From a virus (taxonomy: Duplodnaviria > Heunggongvirae > Uroviricota > Caudoviricetes), in the IMG/VR virus record IMGVR_UViG_3300021255_002251: DNA of 57,601 nt; one strand, written 5' to 3'. Below, piece after piece: positions 18,642 through 27,021 of the stretch (its first letter is position 1; each line of letters begins with the position of its first letter). The position numbers and the translations under genes were made by a program. Under the pieces are notes generated by a model that saw only the letters and a list, made by a program, of their open reading frames with translations, was not told the origin of the DNA and searched no databases.

Positions 18642-20600
18642 CTAAATTCTTGGAAGAACAACTAGTTTGGTTCTTGTAGATATTTGGGGTGCAAACGATG
18701 TCTTAACATTATTTGAAGAGACCCTATATCCAAAATCGTCATCGTCGCATGACTTCATTGCTGCCTCTTCCCTACTCTTGTATTCAGTTCGTAGTCTTAT
18801 CATCTTATCAATGACAGCATCTATTGTTGTCTCACATCCTTTGTCAGGGTCAACCCAATGTGTATACATACAGTAGAATATGTAGAAGAGCTCTTCAAGA
18901 GTTCGCTTGTTCGTTCTCCTCTCCAGGTGCTGGGCGTCTATCGTAAGACCCCATCCGGCATAGAACGGCATCCCAAATACATGGACTTCCTTCCCTGCCA
19001 TAAGGGCCTCAAGCCCGAACTGCGAAGAACACACATAAACCTTGTCACACACTTCAAGCAGAGAGTATGGGTTTATCGGGAAAGTCACCTTATAGATATT
19101 GTCATGTTCCTTTAATTCTTGGTAGTATCCATTCTTCTCTGCTTTCTTGCCTGCAATAGTATCTGGGTGTGTTTTTACTAGAATATCCGATTCCGGATTA
19201 TCTTCGATCGCCGACTTCAGCATCTTTTCAAATGTAGACTCGTCAGCCATTCCTCTAATGATAGAGAAATCTCCATAAGACTGGTCAATAACTAGAACCT
19301 TATTAACTCCATCTCTCCCGATTTTAGGTGTGAAAATTGGCTGGTGATTATACTTTGAAATTTTGTTGGACACAATCTTATCTATAAGATTCCGTGCTTC
19401 GGTCCTCTGGTCTTTGGATATTATAAGGGAGGAATCATTTAGCATTTTCTCAAGGTCAGTTTCCCTTTTCGCATCAAAAAACTGACCTTGTAAATCCATC
19501 ATTACGGAATGCTCAACACGATATTTCTGGCAAGCGCTTTTATCAGCCCATGTGGTTGCAGAAGAAACAAACCCTGGCTCACAAAAAATAACCGGTGCCT
19601 TATATCTAATTGCAGCCGACAATGCACTGGTGTTACGGTCGCTAGTGTTGTATCCCCACATAATAGCCGCATCTATTTCTCCATTCTCAACATGGTCTAT
19701 GTTAGGGAACACTATATTTAGCAAAGTTTTCGAAGGCCATCTATTAAACAATCTGTGAATCGGCTTCTTTACATAGTATTTTTGCCTATCTAAAGCTTCA
19801 TCCAATTTTGTTATGAAATCGGTTCTGTCAAATATTGGCATATAAGTCCCTTCCATGTGATATTGTGAAAACCGTAAACCATCAAGTTCATTTCTTCTCC
19901 AATATTCAACTATATCGGAGTTGCTTTCTGTAATATAAGACTGCACAGCCACACTAGGATAACAGAAGTATCTCTTTAAGTGCTCACCTCTCGAAACATA
20001 AAAATCATTAGACTGAAGTTTTTCACGTCTTGATATAAAAATGTTCTCGAACTCATTTATCATGTGCTCCATGCCTTTTCGTGACAGCGCATAACATCCC
20101 CCCCCCCTAATATTTTTGAACGGAAGCCAGTACCTATTCACATGAATACCGTTTTTCAAATTGAGCCAGTCTTCGATAGGCGTCTCATACGGTTTAGCCC
20201 TTTCGAATTGTGCATAATCATAATCTTTCGGAATAGCTTCGACTATCTCTTGTAATAGTTTAATGTCTTCCAAAAACCTAATATCATCTTCAATTATGAG
20301 CAGATTCTCATGCCCCATCTCATATGCTGTCTTGATTGCAAGATAGTGTGATATACAACAAGAAAAAGCACCTGTCTTTCTGGTAAAGTTCGTTGTCGGA
20401 ATATTATCAATTAGGATTTTTTTTAATGGTGACGGTACATCCCATCTAAATTCAACTCCGTTCAATCCTACCCTCGAAAACTCTTTCTCAAGAACAGAAT
20501 ACCGTTCCTTGTATCCTGTATAACAAAGAACAACCTTCGAATTAAATCTGTCCCATACTTGGTTCATCTCTATCTCTCTTTCAGTTCTTACCATGTCCAT
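18642..20600 (-). CDS. GT25-like glycosyltransferase fused to KpsC/LipA-like capsule beta-Kdo transferase domain
   Basis: N-terminal SCCISH...IIEDD (GT25); C-terminal VLVIDQ, LVKTHPD, SSQFGLEALMAGKEVHVFGMPFYAGWGLT (KpsC). Confidence 0.85.
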   Translation of the reverse strand: MDMVRTEREIEMNQVWDRFNSKVVLCYTGYKERYSVLEKEFSRVGLNGVEFRWDVPSPLKKILIDNIPTTNFTRKTGAFSCCISHYLAIKTAYEMGHENLLIIEDDIRFLEDIKLLQEIVEAIPKDYDYAQFERAKPYETPIEDWLNLKNGIHVNRYWLPFKNIRGGGCYALSRKGMEHMINEFENIFISRREKLQSNDFYVSRGEHLKRYFCYPSVAVQSYITESNSDIVEYWRRNELDGLRFSQYHMEGTYMPIFDRTDFITKLDEALDRQKYYVKKPIHRLFNRWPSKTLLNIVFPNIDHVENGEIDAAIMWGYNTSDRNTSALSAAIRYKAPVIFCEPGFVSSATTWADKSACQKYRVEHSVMMDLQGQFFDAKRETDLEKMLNDSSLIISKDQRTEARNLIDKIVSNKISKYNHQPIFTPKIGRDGVNKVLVIDQSYGDFSIIRGMADESTFEKMLKSAIEDNPESDILVKTHPDTIAGKKAEKNGYYQELKEHDNIYKVTFPINPYSLLEVCDKVYVCSSQFGLEALMAGKEVHVFGMPFYAGWGLTIDAQHLERRTNKRTLEELFYIFYCMYTHWVDPDKGCETTIDAVIDKMIRLRTEYKSREEAAMKSCDDDDFGYRVSSNNVKTSFAPQISTRTKLVVLPRI

Positions 20601-21493
20601 CCTATTCCAATACCGGCATAGTCTGGTGCATTCTTTTGATGCCTATATTCATCCGTCCTAAACACTGCATAGTATGTAGCATAAAACCTGTCGTACTTCA
20701 ATACAGCCCCAACTCTCATTTCAGTAACAAATCTTTCAATGTCTGCTTTCAATTCATCGTCCCTATGGCCAAACATAGTTCCTTCTAGCATATGATTGTA
20801 CATATAATATCTCTCACTAGCTCCGCCATAAATATAAGCGGACAACTTTCTCCAGTTGCTAGTGCTTCTTCTACTAGGCGCAGAAAACATTATTTCGTTG
20901 TTCGCCGTTGGCTTTATGTTATACCCTATCTTTATGTCTGCGCCCACCTCGCCAAAATCTTGTATTGTACCTGCTGCTATTCCGCTTTTAGGGACTATAG
21001 CCATCCATTCTGTTATGAAAAAGTTATACTTTGACCACCACTGCCCATTCAAAACAAACTCATTGTGCAACTGGTCATCCCATCCTTTAGGCTTGCGACA
21101 TCCCAACAGTTTATGTATCATTGTCTGCGTGTCCTTGCACATTGACGCAGGTCCAATCATTCCGAAATCCAATTCTCCATAATGTGTCCATCTTGATTCT
21201 TGGGATTGAAAAAATTCATACCCTACTCCTCCTATAAGCATACCAGCATAAGGTCTGTCATGTGGTATATGATGCTCCTGCTTTAAATCGTCAGGAGCAT
21301 ACATAGTCTGGCTAACCATATAGTGAAAACCAGAATCGTCAACAGTCTCAAACTTAGTCCCATGCGTATAATCGTTGTCTTGTCTTTTAAGAAAAGTGTC
21401 GTTCTCCATCGTCAAAACTGTCTGCATCCCTAGCAAATCCATTGCTAGAGAAAACATCATGCACCACATTATACTGGATTGTCCGACACTCAT
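20588..21493 (-). CDS. lpxR: lipid A 3-O-deacylase LpxR family outer-membrane protein
   Basis: ENDTF..QDNDYTHG, QTMYAPD, DRPYAG, GWDDQL, C-terminal aromatic residue. Confidence 0.85.
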   Translation of the reverse strand: MSVGQSSIMWCMMFSLAMDLLGMQTVLTMENDTFLKRQDNDYTHGTKFETVDDSGFHYMVSQTMYAPDDLKQEHHIPHDRPYAGMLIGGVGYEFFQSQESRWTHYGELDFGMIGPASMCKDTQTMIHKLLGCRKPKGWDDQLHNEFVLNGQWWSKYNFFITEWMAIVPKSGIAAGTIQDFGEVGADIKIGYNIKPTANNEIMFSAPSRRSTSNWRKLSAYIYGGASERYYMYNHMLEGTMFGHRDDELKADIERFVTEMRVGAVLKYDRFYATYYAVFRTDEYRHQKNAPDYAGIGIGWTW

Positions 21494-21507
21494 CCTACAT
21501 CATGCCT

Positions 21508-21543
21508 AAAAGCAAATGCACCGGAGATTCTTCCCCGGTGCAT
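21508..21543 (-). terminator. intrinsic terminator
   Basis: ATGCACCGG/CCGGTGCAT stem followed by TTGCTTTT. Confidence 0.65.
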
Positions 21544-21564
21544 CTCTTTCTAAAGATTCTAACC

Positions 21565-22032
21565 TTACACTTTGAATGTAACGAAAGAATCTTCGCCTGA
21601 TGTTCGAAGAGCATAGGTTATACCATCTATTATACCCCATGTGTCAGAAGGAAGTCTCTCTTCCACCCATCTACCATCCTTGTAGACATCCGTGATGTCT
21701 TCTGGGTTCGTTATTCCCATCTTGGGCCAGCAGAACCAACAGAAATTCCTTACAGATGTTCCATATTGGTTCTTCTGATCCAGCATCCATTCATCGCTCT
21801 TCGGGACAACTATATATCCAGGTGACCCGTTTTTAGGGCAGAACATCCCTCGAGATGCTACTTGAAGTTTGTTTATCGCCACACACAATTTAATCACTAC
21901 CTTATAAAATAGTCCTTCATCGACTGAATGGATTGATCCTTTCGCACTACTTTCAGGAAATCCGCTTGCTGTTGCCGCTATCGCTCCTGCGCCAAGTCCT
22001 ATAAACATTCGCCTATTGATTTCTTTACTCAT
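21565..22032 (-). CDS. hypothetical protein with twin-arginine-like signal
   Basis: INRRMFIGLGAGAIAATASG. Confidence 0.65.
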   Translation of the reverse strand: MSKEINRRMFIGLGAGAIAATASGFPESSAKGSIHSVDEGLFYKVVIKLCVAINKLQVASRGMFCPKNGSPGYIVVPKSDEWMLDQKNQYGTSVRNFCWFCWPKMGITNPEDITDVYKDGRWVEERLPSDTWGIIDGITYALRTSGEDSFVTFKV

Positions 22033-22108
22033 CGTTTATCCTTTTGTTTTGGTTTTGTTGGTTGAAAAATATCCTACGATCCATTAGACTCTTATCTCCT
22101 TGATCGTC

Positions 22109-22492
22109 TTAAACCACTCTATTGCCTTCCTTCTCTTCAATAGGGTGGAAGATACACCTCCCAGTCCCCCCTTTCCAATTCCCAGTGATTTCCATGTATC
22201 CAACAAGGGTACTTTCACTGTCTGCGACTTCGTTTGTCCAAAGTCCATCCCCCACACCATCTTCAAGGCGTTTCCATTCAACATCAGGAAACCTGACTTC
22301 ATTCCTCTTGCCTCTCTCTGCTTTCTGATTCCTCACAATCCGAATCCTACACTTAGTATCTCCAATGTGTACGACGCCTCCAAACCGAGCTCCATCCTTC
22401 AGTATACGGAAAGGCATCCCTTCCTGAGTGAAGGTAATCTTCTTCCCGTCTTTATTGGCGAAAAGCCATCTATGCCGCTCATCTCGTGTCAT
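22109..22492 (-). CDS. hypothetical protein
   Basis: ATGA-coupled to the upstream ORF. Confidence 0.65.
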   Translation of the reverse strand: MTRDERHRWLFANKDGKKITFTQEGMPFRILKDGARFGGVVHIGDTKCRIRIVRNQKAERGKRNEVRFPDVEWKRLEDGVGDGLWTNEVADSESTLVGYMEITGNWKGGTGRCIFHPIEEKEGNRVV

Positions 22493-22974
22493 GCTGCACC
22501 CATCCGATTTAATGCCTTTTCCCTATCTATCTTAACCCCCTTTGCCGCGAGATTGGCGATACACTCATCGAGATACTTCTCATCATGCTCTGGGTATATC
22601 CGTCCATCAAAAGGATTCGGGCAAATTATTATCCCATACCATCCCTTGAATTTCATCCCTTCCGTATACCCAAGTGCTTTCCCCCTATAAAACCGATTCC
22701 ACCAATCTTCATCCCTTATCGCATACCCTCTCCGTTCCATCTCATACATGACCTTCTCATGGTATCTAACGAGAAAGTAAGGGTGATGTAGGAAAACATA
22801 GTCTACCGTACTATGTTTTCTCCCCCATCCCTTCCCACGCAATGCACAGCATTCCCTATGCTGCCCAAGCAACTGCTGCCTTGGCAACTGGTCTAAAATC
22901 GCTAATGGCCAAAGTCTCATTTTAACCTCATTGAAAAACTGCCGCCGCCACCCCATTAACCAACAATGAAACAA
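22489..22974 (-). CDS. TIGR02328 / pyrimidine-dimer glycosylase-like protein (start probably MRLW)
   Basis: MRLW...LPRQQLLGQHRECCALRGKGWGRKHSTVDYVF, YPEHDEKYLDEC. Confidence 0.85.
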   Translation of the reverse strand: MFHCWLMGWRRQFFNEVKMRLWPLAILDQLPRQQLLGQHRECCALRGKGWGRKHSTVDYVFLHHPYFLVRYHEKVMYEMERRGYAIRDEDWWNRFYRGKALGYTEGMKFKGWYGIIICPNPFDGRIYPEHDEKYLDECIANLAAKGVKIDREKALNRMGAA

Positions 22975-23019
22975 CCCGTTGCGCGGATTGTTCGGGAGTG
23001 GCGGCGGCGAGCATCACAG

Positions 23020-23520
23020 TCACTCGGTATCTGGCGGGGTGAAATCCACCGCCTTCAACCTAGAACCATGCTGCCCTTCTCCCTCACCCGAGGGAAAATC
23101 TCGTGTGCGAGAAATCCTTCCATTGCCATACTTCTTCTGCCCATACCCTTTCTTCGGATATGAGAAGTTCCGTCTTTTGAAAACCCGAGACTCCTCATGG
23201 CTCTTTGGAGTAGCATCTTCCGATACTGCAGGAGCGACAAATCTCCTATTCTTCGCAAATTGGAACTTGTCAGGCTTTTCTCCTTCTACTTCTATGGGCG
23301 GGTTCTCTTTCTCTTCTCCTTCTTTAGGTTTGTCTACCCCTGTCACATCAGCATAGACCTTTTCCACACCATCTACAACCTCATACCAGAAACCATCCAT
23401 CGTCATGATTTCCGTATTGTGTGATTCCTGGTTCTCAAAAACTGCACATATCGCATCAACTGCGATGAAACCACGGTCTTTGTTCCGGTTGTCTTTTGTA
23501 ACTCTAATAAACCTAGGCAT
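23020..23520 (-). CDS. hypothetical protein
   Basis: start moved to MPRFIRV (23520). Confidence 0.6.
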   Translation of the reverse strand: MPRFIRVTKDNRNKDRGFIAVDAICAVFENQESHNTEIMTMDGFWYEVVDGVEKVYADVTGVDKPKEGEEKENPPIEVEGEKPDKFQFAKNRRFVAPAVSEDATPKSHEESRVFKRRNFSYPKKGYGQKKYGNGRISRTRDFPSGEGEGQHGSRLKAVDFTPPDTE

Positions 23521-23686
23521 TTTCACTCCTATCCAAGTCTCTCGCATAAAGCCATTCCAACAAGGCTCTCTCCTGTCTGAACTCGAAGCAGTCAGTATGT
23601 CGCCCATTCAACTGGTGCTTGTAATAATGGTTCAATGCTTCCAATGGAGACTCAAACCCATGAAACTTTTGTATTTCATTCGACAT
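23513..23686 (-). CDS. small hypothetical protein
   Basis: MSNEIQKF start, TGATG-coupled to upstream ORF. Confidence 0.55.
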   Translation of the reverse strand: MSNEIQKFHGFESPLEALNHYYKHQLNGRHTDCFEFRQERALLEWLYARDLDRSENA

Positions 23687-23880
23687 CAAATCCACCCCTT
23701 GCACAATGCATATATGGCTCCAACTATCACAGCAACAAGTCCGAAGAAATATACTATTCCTTCTATAGCTAATGCTTCTTCGCACATCTGCTTGCGCTCT
23801 TTCCTATCTGCCTTTAGATACCGATACCATGTATCGTCTAGGTCGTGAAAACTATGAGTTCCGTCTGGATTTACTCCCAT
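23686..23880 (-). CDS. small membrane protein
   Basis: C-terminal TM segment IVYFFGLVAVIVGAIYAL. Confidence 0.6.
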   Translation of the reverse strand: MGVNPDGTHSFHDLDDTWYRYLKADRKERKQMCEEALAIEGIVYFFGLVAVIVGAIYALCKGWI

Positions 23881-24133
23881 TGCTGTCTCCTTGTTCTGTT
23901 GTCCTTGTTTCTTGGTTAGATGTCATACATTGTACCACATTTTGATTGAGGCTTTCAAGAGAGGATAGAATTTCAGATGGTTTTTCCTTATAAAAGTCTA
24001 GCACATAACCTCCAGCATTGTCTAGCTGCCTTTGTACTCCCTTGCATATCGTAGCACATATGGCCGGGGCAACATCTCCTCCATTGCTGTTAAGACGCCT
24101 CGTATACTGCTTTGTTGCTCCGCTATGCAGCAT
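23852..24133 (-). CDS. small protein resembling an MTase variable-region module
   Basis: GGDVAPAICATICKGVQ similar to VAPTL.A..YKG modules. Confidence 0.4.
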   Translation of the reverse strand: MLHSGATKQYTRRLNSNGGDVAPAICATICKGVQRQLDNAGGYVLDFYKEKPSEILSSLESLNQNVVQCMTSNQETRTTEQGDSNGSKSRRNS

Positions 24134-25433
24134 TCCTCACCATCTCTTCCGTGATGACAATAACCTTCCCCTGCTCCCTATTGTCTGGCGCTTCGAACAT
24201 AATCTCCTTCATGACCTCTTCCATTTCCGCCCTAAGACCTCTAGCCCCAGTTTTACGTTCGATTGCCCTCTTTGCCAGACACCTCAATGCCGAGTCTTCA
24301 TATTCCAAGGATATGCCACTCTGCCGCAACAGTTTCCGATACTGCTTGGTTATGCTATTCTTCGGCTCCTTCAATACCTTGACAAGTTCATCCTCAGTAA
24401 GTTCCTTCATTTCCGCTATGATCGGAAGTCTGCCAACGAACTCTGGAATCAATCCGAACTCGACAAGATCCTCCGGCCTCACCCTATGCGAAAGGTTCCT
24501 CTTCTCCTTTGTCGCATCTCCTCCAAACCCGATTATGCCAGACCCATTCTCACTCTTGACTCGCTTTTCCACTATCTTGTCAAGCCCAACAAAAGCCCCC
24601 CCACAGATAAAAAGAATGTTGCTAGTATCAATTTCCACAAGCGGCTGGTCTGGGTGCTTGCGACCTCCATTAGGAGGGAATCGGCAAGTAGTTCCCTCTA
24701 TAATCTTAAGCAACGCCTGCTGCACTCCCTCCCCGCTTACATCCCTCGTAATAGACACATTCTGCGTCTTGCTCGCAATCTTGTCTATCTCATCCACCCA
24801 AATGATTGCCATCTCCGTCCGTTCCTTATCCCCGTTCGCATTGTTGTAGGCATACCTTACAATGTTCTCAACATCCTCACCGACATATCCGGCTTCCGTG
24901 AGTGTTGTCGCATCTGCGATAGCAAACGGCACGTTGAGAATCTTGGCGATTGTCTTTGCGAGCAAAGTCTTTCCGCATCCAGTAGGCCCCATCATGACAA
25001 TATTTGATTTCTCCACCTGTACATCCTTTAGGTCATCCTCATAGAGGCTCTTCCTGCTCCGCAATCTACTATAATGGTTGTACACGGCAGTTGCAAGAGT
25101 CTTCTTTACATCATCCTGTCCTATTACATGCTCATTAAGCAATGCAACTAGTTCTCTAGGCGTAGGAATTCTCCCAAGAGCGAATCTCCCTTCCTTCTTT
25201 CCACTCTCTGCGGTTTCTGTAAGAGGAAACCCACTTTTTTCTTCCTTGATGCTCTTCCCTTTTCCCTCTTCTGCCTCTACTATCCCAATGACCTTCCTTG
25301 CACACTGGTCGCAGATTGACAGACCATTCGATGCCACGACTACGTTTGCTCCATCATTTGTAGACTTCCCGCAGAACCCACACTTAGGTGCTTCCTTGCT
25401 TTTCCTCATCTCTCTTAAGTCTTTCATGTTCAT
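24123..25433 (-). CDS. clpX: ATP-dependent Clp protease ATPase subunit ClpX
   Basis: C4 zinc finger CGFC..ICDQC, GPTGCGKT, TEAGYVGEDVE, DEIDK, RDVSGEGVQQALLK, IGF loop, GARGLR. Confidence 0.96.
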   Translation of the reverse strand: MNMKDLREMRKSKEAPKCGFCGKSTNDGANVVVASNGLSICDQCARKVIGIVEAEEGKGKSIKEEKSGFPLTETAESGKKEGRFALGRIPTPRELVALLNEHVIGQDDVKKTLATAVYNHYSRLRSRKSLYEDDLKDVQVEKSNIVMMGPTGCGKTLLAKTIAKILNVPFAIADATTLTEAGYVGEDVENIVRYAYNNANGDKERTEMAIIWVDEIDKIASKTQNVSITRDVSGEGVQQALLKIIEGTTCRFPPNGGRKHPDQPLVEIDTSNILFICGGAFVGLDKIVEKRVKSENGSGIIGFGGDATKEKRNLSHRVRPEDLVEFGLIPEFVGRLPIIAEMKELTEDELVKVLKEPKNSITKQYRKLLRQSGISLEYEDSALRCLAKRAIERKTGARGLRAEMEEVMKEIMFEAPDNREQGKVIVITEEMVRNAA

Positions 25434-25473
25434 TTTTGTCTATTGTCTTCCTTGTTGTTCCTTCACGGCCGAC

Positions 25474-25503
25474 ATTATACCACATCCCTCATCCGGCTTT
25501 CAA
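25474..25503 (-). promoter_or_regulatory. sigma70-like promoter for clpX
   Basis: TTGAAA-18-TATAAT with TGTGG extended -10. Confidence 0.8.
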
Positions 25504-25555
25504 GAGGGTATGGGAATTGCTCGTTGAAAAAAAGAAAAAAAACTTCCACACCCCC

Positions 25556-25584
25556 TTGTCAGCCAAATCTGACTGTGGTACAAT
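25556..25584 (+). promoter_or_regulatory. divergent promoter for the ncRNA/tRNA operon
   Basis: TTGTCA-17-TACAAT followed by ATGCGCCGT. Confidence 0.75.
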
Positions 25585-25589
25585 ATGCG

Positions 25590-26095
25590 CCGTTGACCAC
25601 ACAAGAAGGTTTGCGGGTGCAACCCGATTGTCTGGTTGGCATGGATAAAGAAGAAAGAAAACCTAAAATGTTCGCTATGAAGCAAAATAAGTCATGGAAA
25701 CTGTCGGACAACCGGCAGCATCTATCGTTTTGCCTTAATAGCATCGAGTGCTGCCAGTTGTCCTATCGCGAAGATAGTGCCTGTGCGGGGTCGCAAACAT
25801 TCTAGGTGAGTAAGTCATCCAAATGTAGCAAGAAGCGAAGAGCGGCCCCGCAAGGAAAGAAAGCGGAACCGCTCTGATTGTTTCTACTACTAGCTCTTTG
25901 AAAATTGGAAGAAGATGAATAACCTAGGTAAGGGACACCCAATCGCCCTAACCTAGAGTAGCATGCGGAGATGTGGGGTCAATACCTACACGTGCAGATG
26001 GAGTTAGTTTTTTGTTGCTTCCTCCAACGGCGTTCGTTCAATGGGTTGCAGAGGATACCGCAGTAGAGGGATTGGGAGAGCGCTCTGTGCTCTGC
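25590..26095 (+). ncRNA. candidate large structured ncRNA (about 500 nt) leading the tRNA operon
   Basis: follows plus-strand promoter; several long stems, a GCAA tetraloop and a possible long-range pseudoknot; no convincing CDS. Confidence 0.5.
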
Positions 26096-26181
26096 TCGGA
26101 GATGAGCCGAATGGCAAGGCAGATGACTGTTAATCATCGGGGTGAAATTCCCAACTGCAGGTTCGAGTCCTGTTCTCCGAG
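26096..26181 (+). tRNA. tRNA-Asn(GTT), atypical: long variable arm, no encoded CCA
   Basis: TCGGAGA/TCTCCGA acceptor, GATGA-CTGTTAA-TCATC, GGTTCGAGTCC. Confidence 0.75.
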
Positions 26182-26200
26182 CAGAACACAAAACGTTTTT

Positions 26201-26286
26201 CGTCAGGTGGCTAAGTAGCGAGCGCAGCGGGCTGTAAACCCGCCACATTAGAAACACCGTAGGTGCGAGTCCTACCCTGACGACCA
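26201..26286 (+). tRNA. tRNA-Tyr(GTA)
   Basis: cloverleaf, GCGGG-CTGTAAA-CCCGC, ends ACCA. Confidence 0.88.
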
Positions 26287-26294
26287 TTCTTATT

Positions 26295-26369
26295 GGCCCT
26301 GTAGATTAAAAGTAGTATCGGGTGGTTTTCATCCACCAGACCACGGAGCGTTACCGTGCAGGGCTGCCA
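26295..26369 (+). tRNA. tRNA-Glu(TTC)
   Basis: GGTGG-TTTTCAT-CCACC, variant T-loop, ends GCCA. Confidence 0.82.
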
Positions 26370-26370
26370 T

Positions 26371-26446
26371 GTCTCCATCGTATAGAGGTCTAGTACATTC
26401 GGTTCTCAGCCGAAAAACTTGGGTTCAAATCCCAATGGAGATGCCA
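26371..26446 (+). tRNA. tRNA-Glu(CTC)
   Basis: TTCGG-TTCTCAG-CCGAA, ends GCCA. Confidence 0.9.
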
Positions 26447-26457
26447 TTAGCTTTCAT

Positions 26458-26540
26458 GTGTCTGTGGTGGAACTGGCATACACGTAGCCTTGAGGTGGCT
26501 ATGCTTCGGCTTGGAGGTTCAAATCCTCTCAGACACACCA
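26458..26540 (+). tRNA. tRNA-Leu(GAG)
   Basis: TAGCC-TTGAGGT-GGCTA, variable arm, ends ACCA. Confidence 0.92.
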
Positions 26541-26544
26541 TTTT

Positions 26545-26638
26545 GGAAGGGTAATCCTAAAGGCAAGGAAGCGGCTTCGAACACCGCTAGTAGCGGGGGA
26601 AACCTCGTGTAGGGTTTCAAGATCCCTCCCTTCCGCCA
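26545..26638 (+). tRNA. tRNA-Ser(CGA)
   Basis: TTCGAAC loop, long variable arm, ends GCCA. Confidence 0.85.
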
Positions 26639-26641
26639 TTT

Positions 26642-26735
26642 GGAAGAGTAACCCTAAAGGCAAGGGGGCGGTCTTGAAAACCGCTAGTAACGGTAGCGAT
26701 GCCGTGTGAGATCTCGGAATTCTCCTCTTCCGCCA
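26642..26735 (+). tRNA. tRNA-Ser(TGA)
   Basis: GCGGT-CTTGAAA-ACCGC, non-canonical T-loop CTCGGAA, ends GCCA. Confidence 0.85.
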
Positions 26736-26740
26736 TTCTT

Positions 26741-26836
26741 GGAGTTGTAAGCCTAATCTGGTAAGGCAGCGGTTTGCTAAACCGCCAGTAGGGGTCGAAA
26801 GTCCCCGTAGTGGTCCGAATCCACCCAACTCCGCCA
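26741..26836 (+). tRNA. tRNA-Ser(GCT)
   Basis: GCGGT-TTGCTAA-ACCGC, ends GCCA. Confidence 0.9.
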
Positions 26837-26847
26837 TTTTGATATTA

Positions 26848-26934
26848 GGAGAGGTGCTGGAATTGGCAAACAGGCTTCGCTGGAAACGAAGCGGGGTAAC
26901 TCCCACGCACGGTCGGAACGTGTCCTCTCCGCCA
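26848..26934 (+). tRNA. tRNA-Ser(GGA)
   Basis: CTTCG-CTGGAAA-CGAAG, non-canonical T-loop GTCGGAA, ends GCCA. Confidence 0.85.
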
Positions 26935-26938
26935 TCTT

Positions 26939-27016
26939 GGGGTGTTGGGCCAGTGGTCTACGCCGCCGGACTGTCGATCCGGTATTTCACGGGTTCGAAT
27001 CCCGTACACCCCGCCA
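26939..27016 (+). tRNA. tRNA-Asp(GTC)
   Basis: CCGGA-CTGTCGA-TCCGG, ends GCCA. Confidence 0.92.
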
Positions 27017-27021
27017 TCTTT

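Noticed and set aside
24018-25007. 329-aa plus-strand ORF
   Set aside because: Antisense shadow of clpX with no recognisable motifs. The same applies to 6204..6824, 14364..15113, 42046..42834, 45471..46229 and 53922..54722.
25590-26095. tmRNA or RNase P RNA
   Set aside because: No alanine-type tRNA-like ends or ALAA-type tag ORF, and no GAGGAAAGUCC/P4 signature visible.
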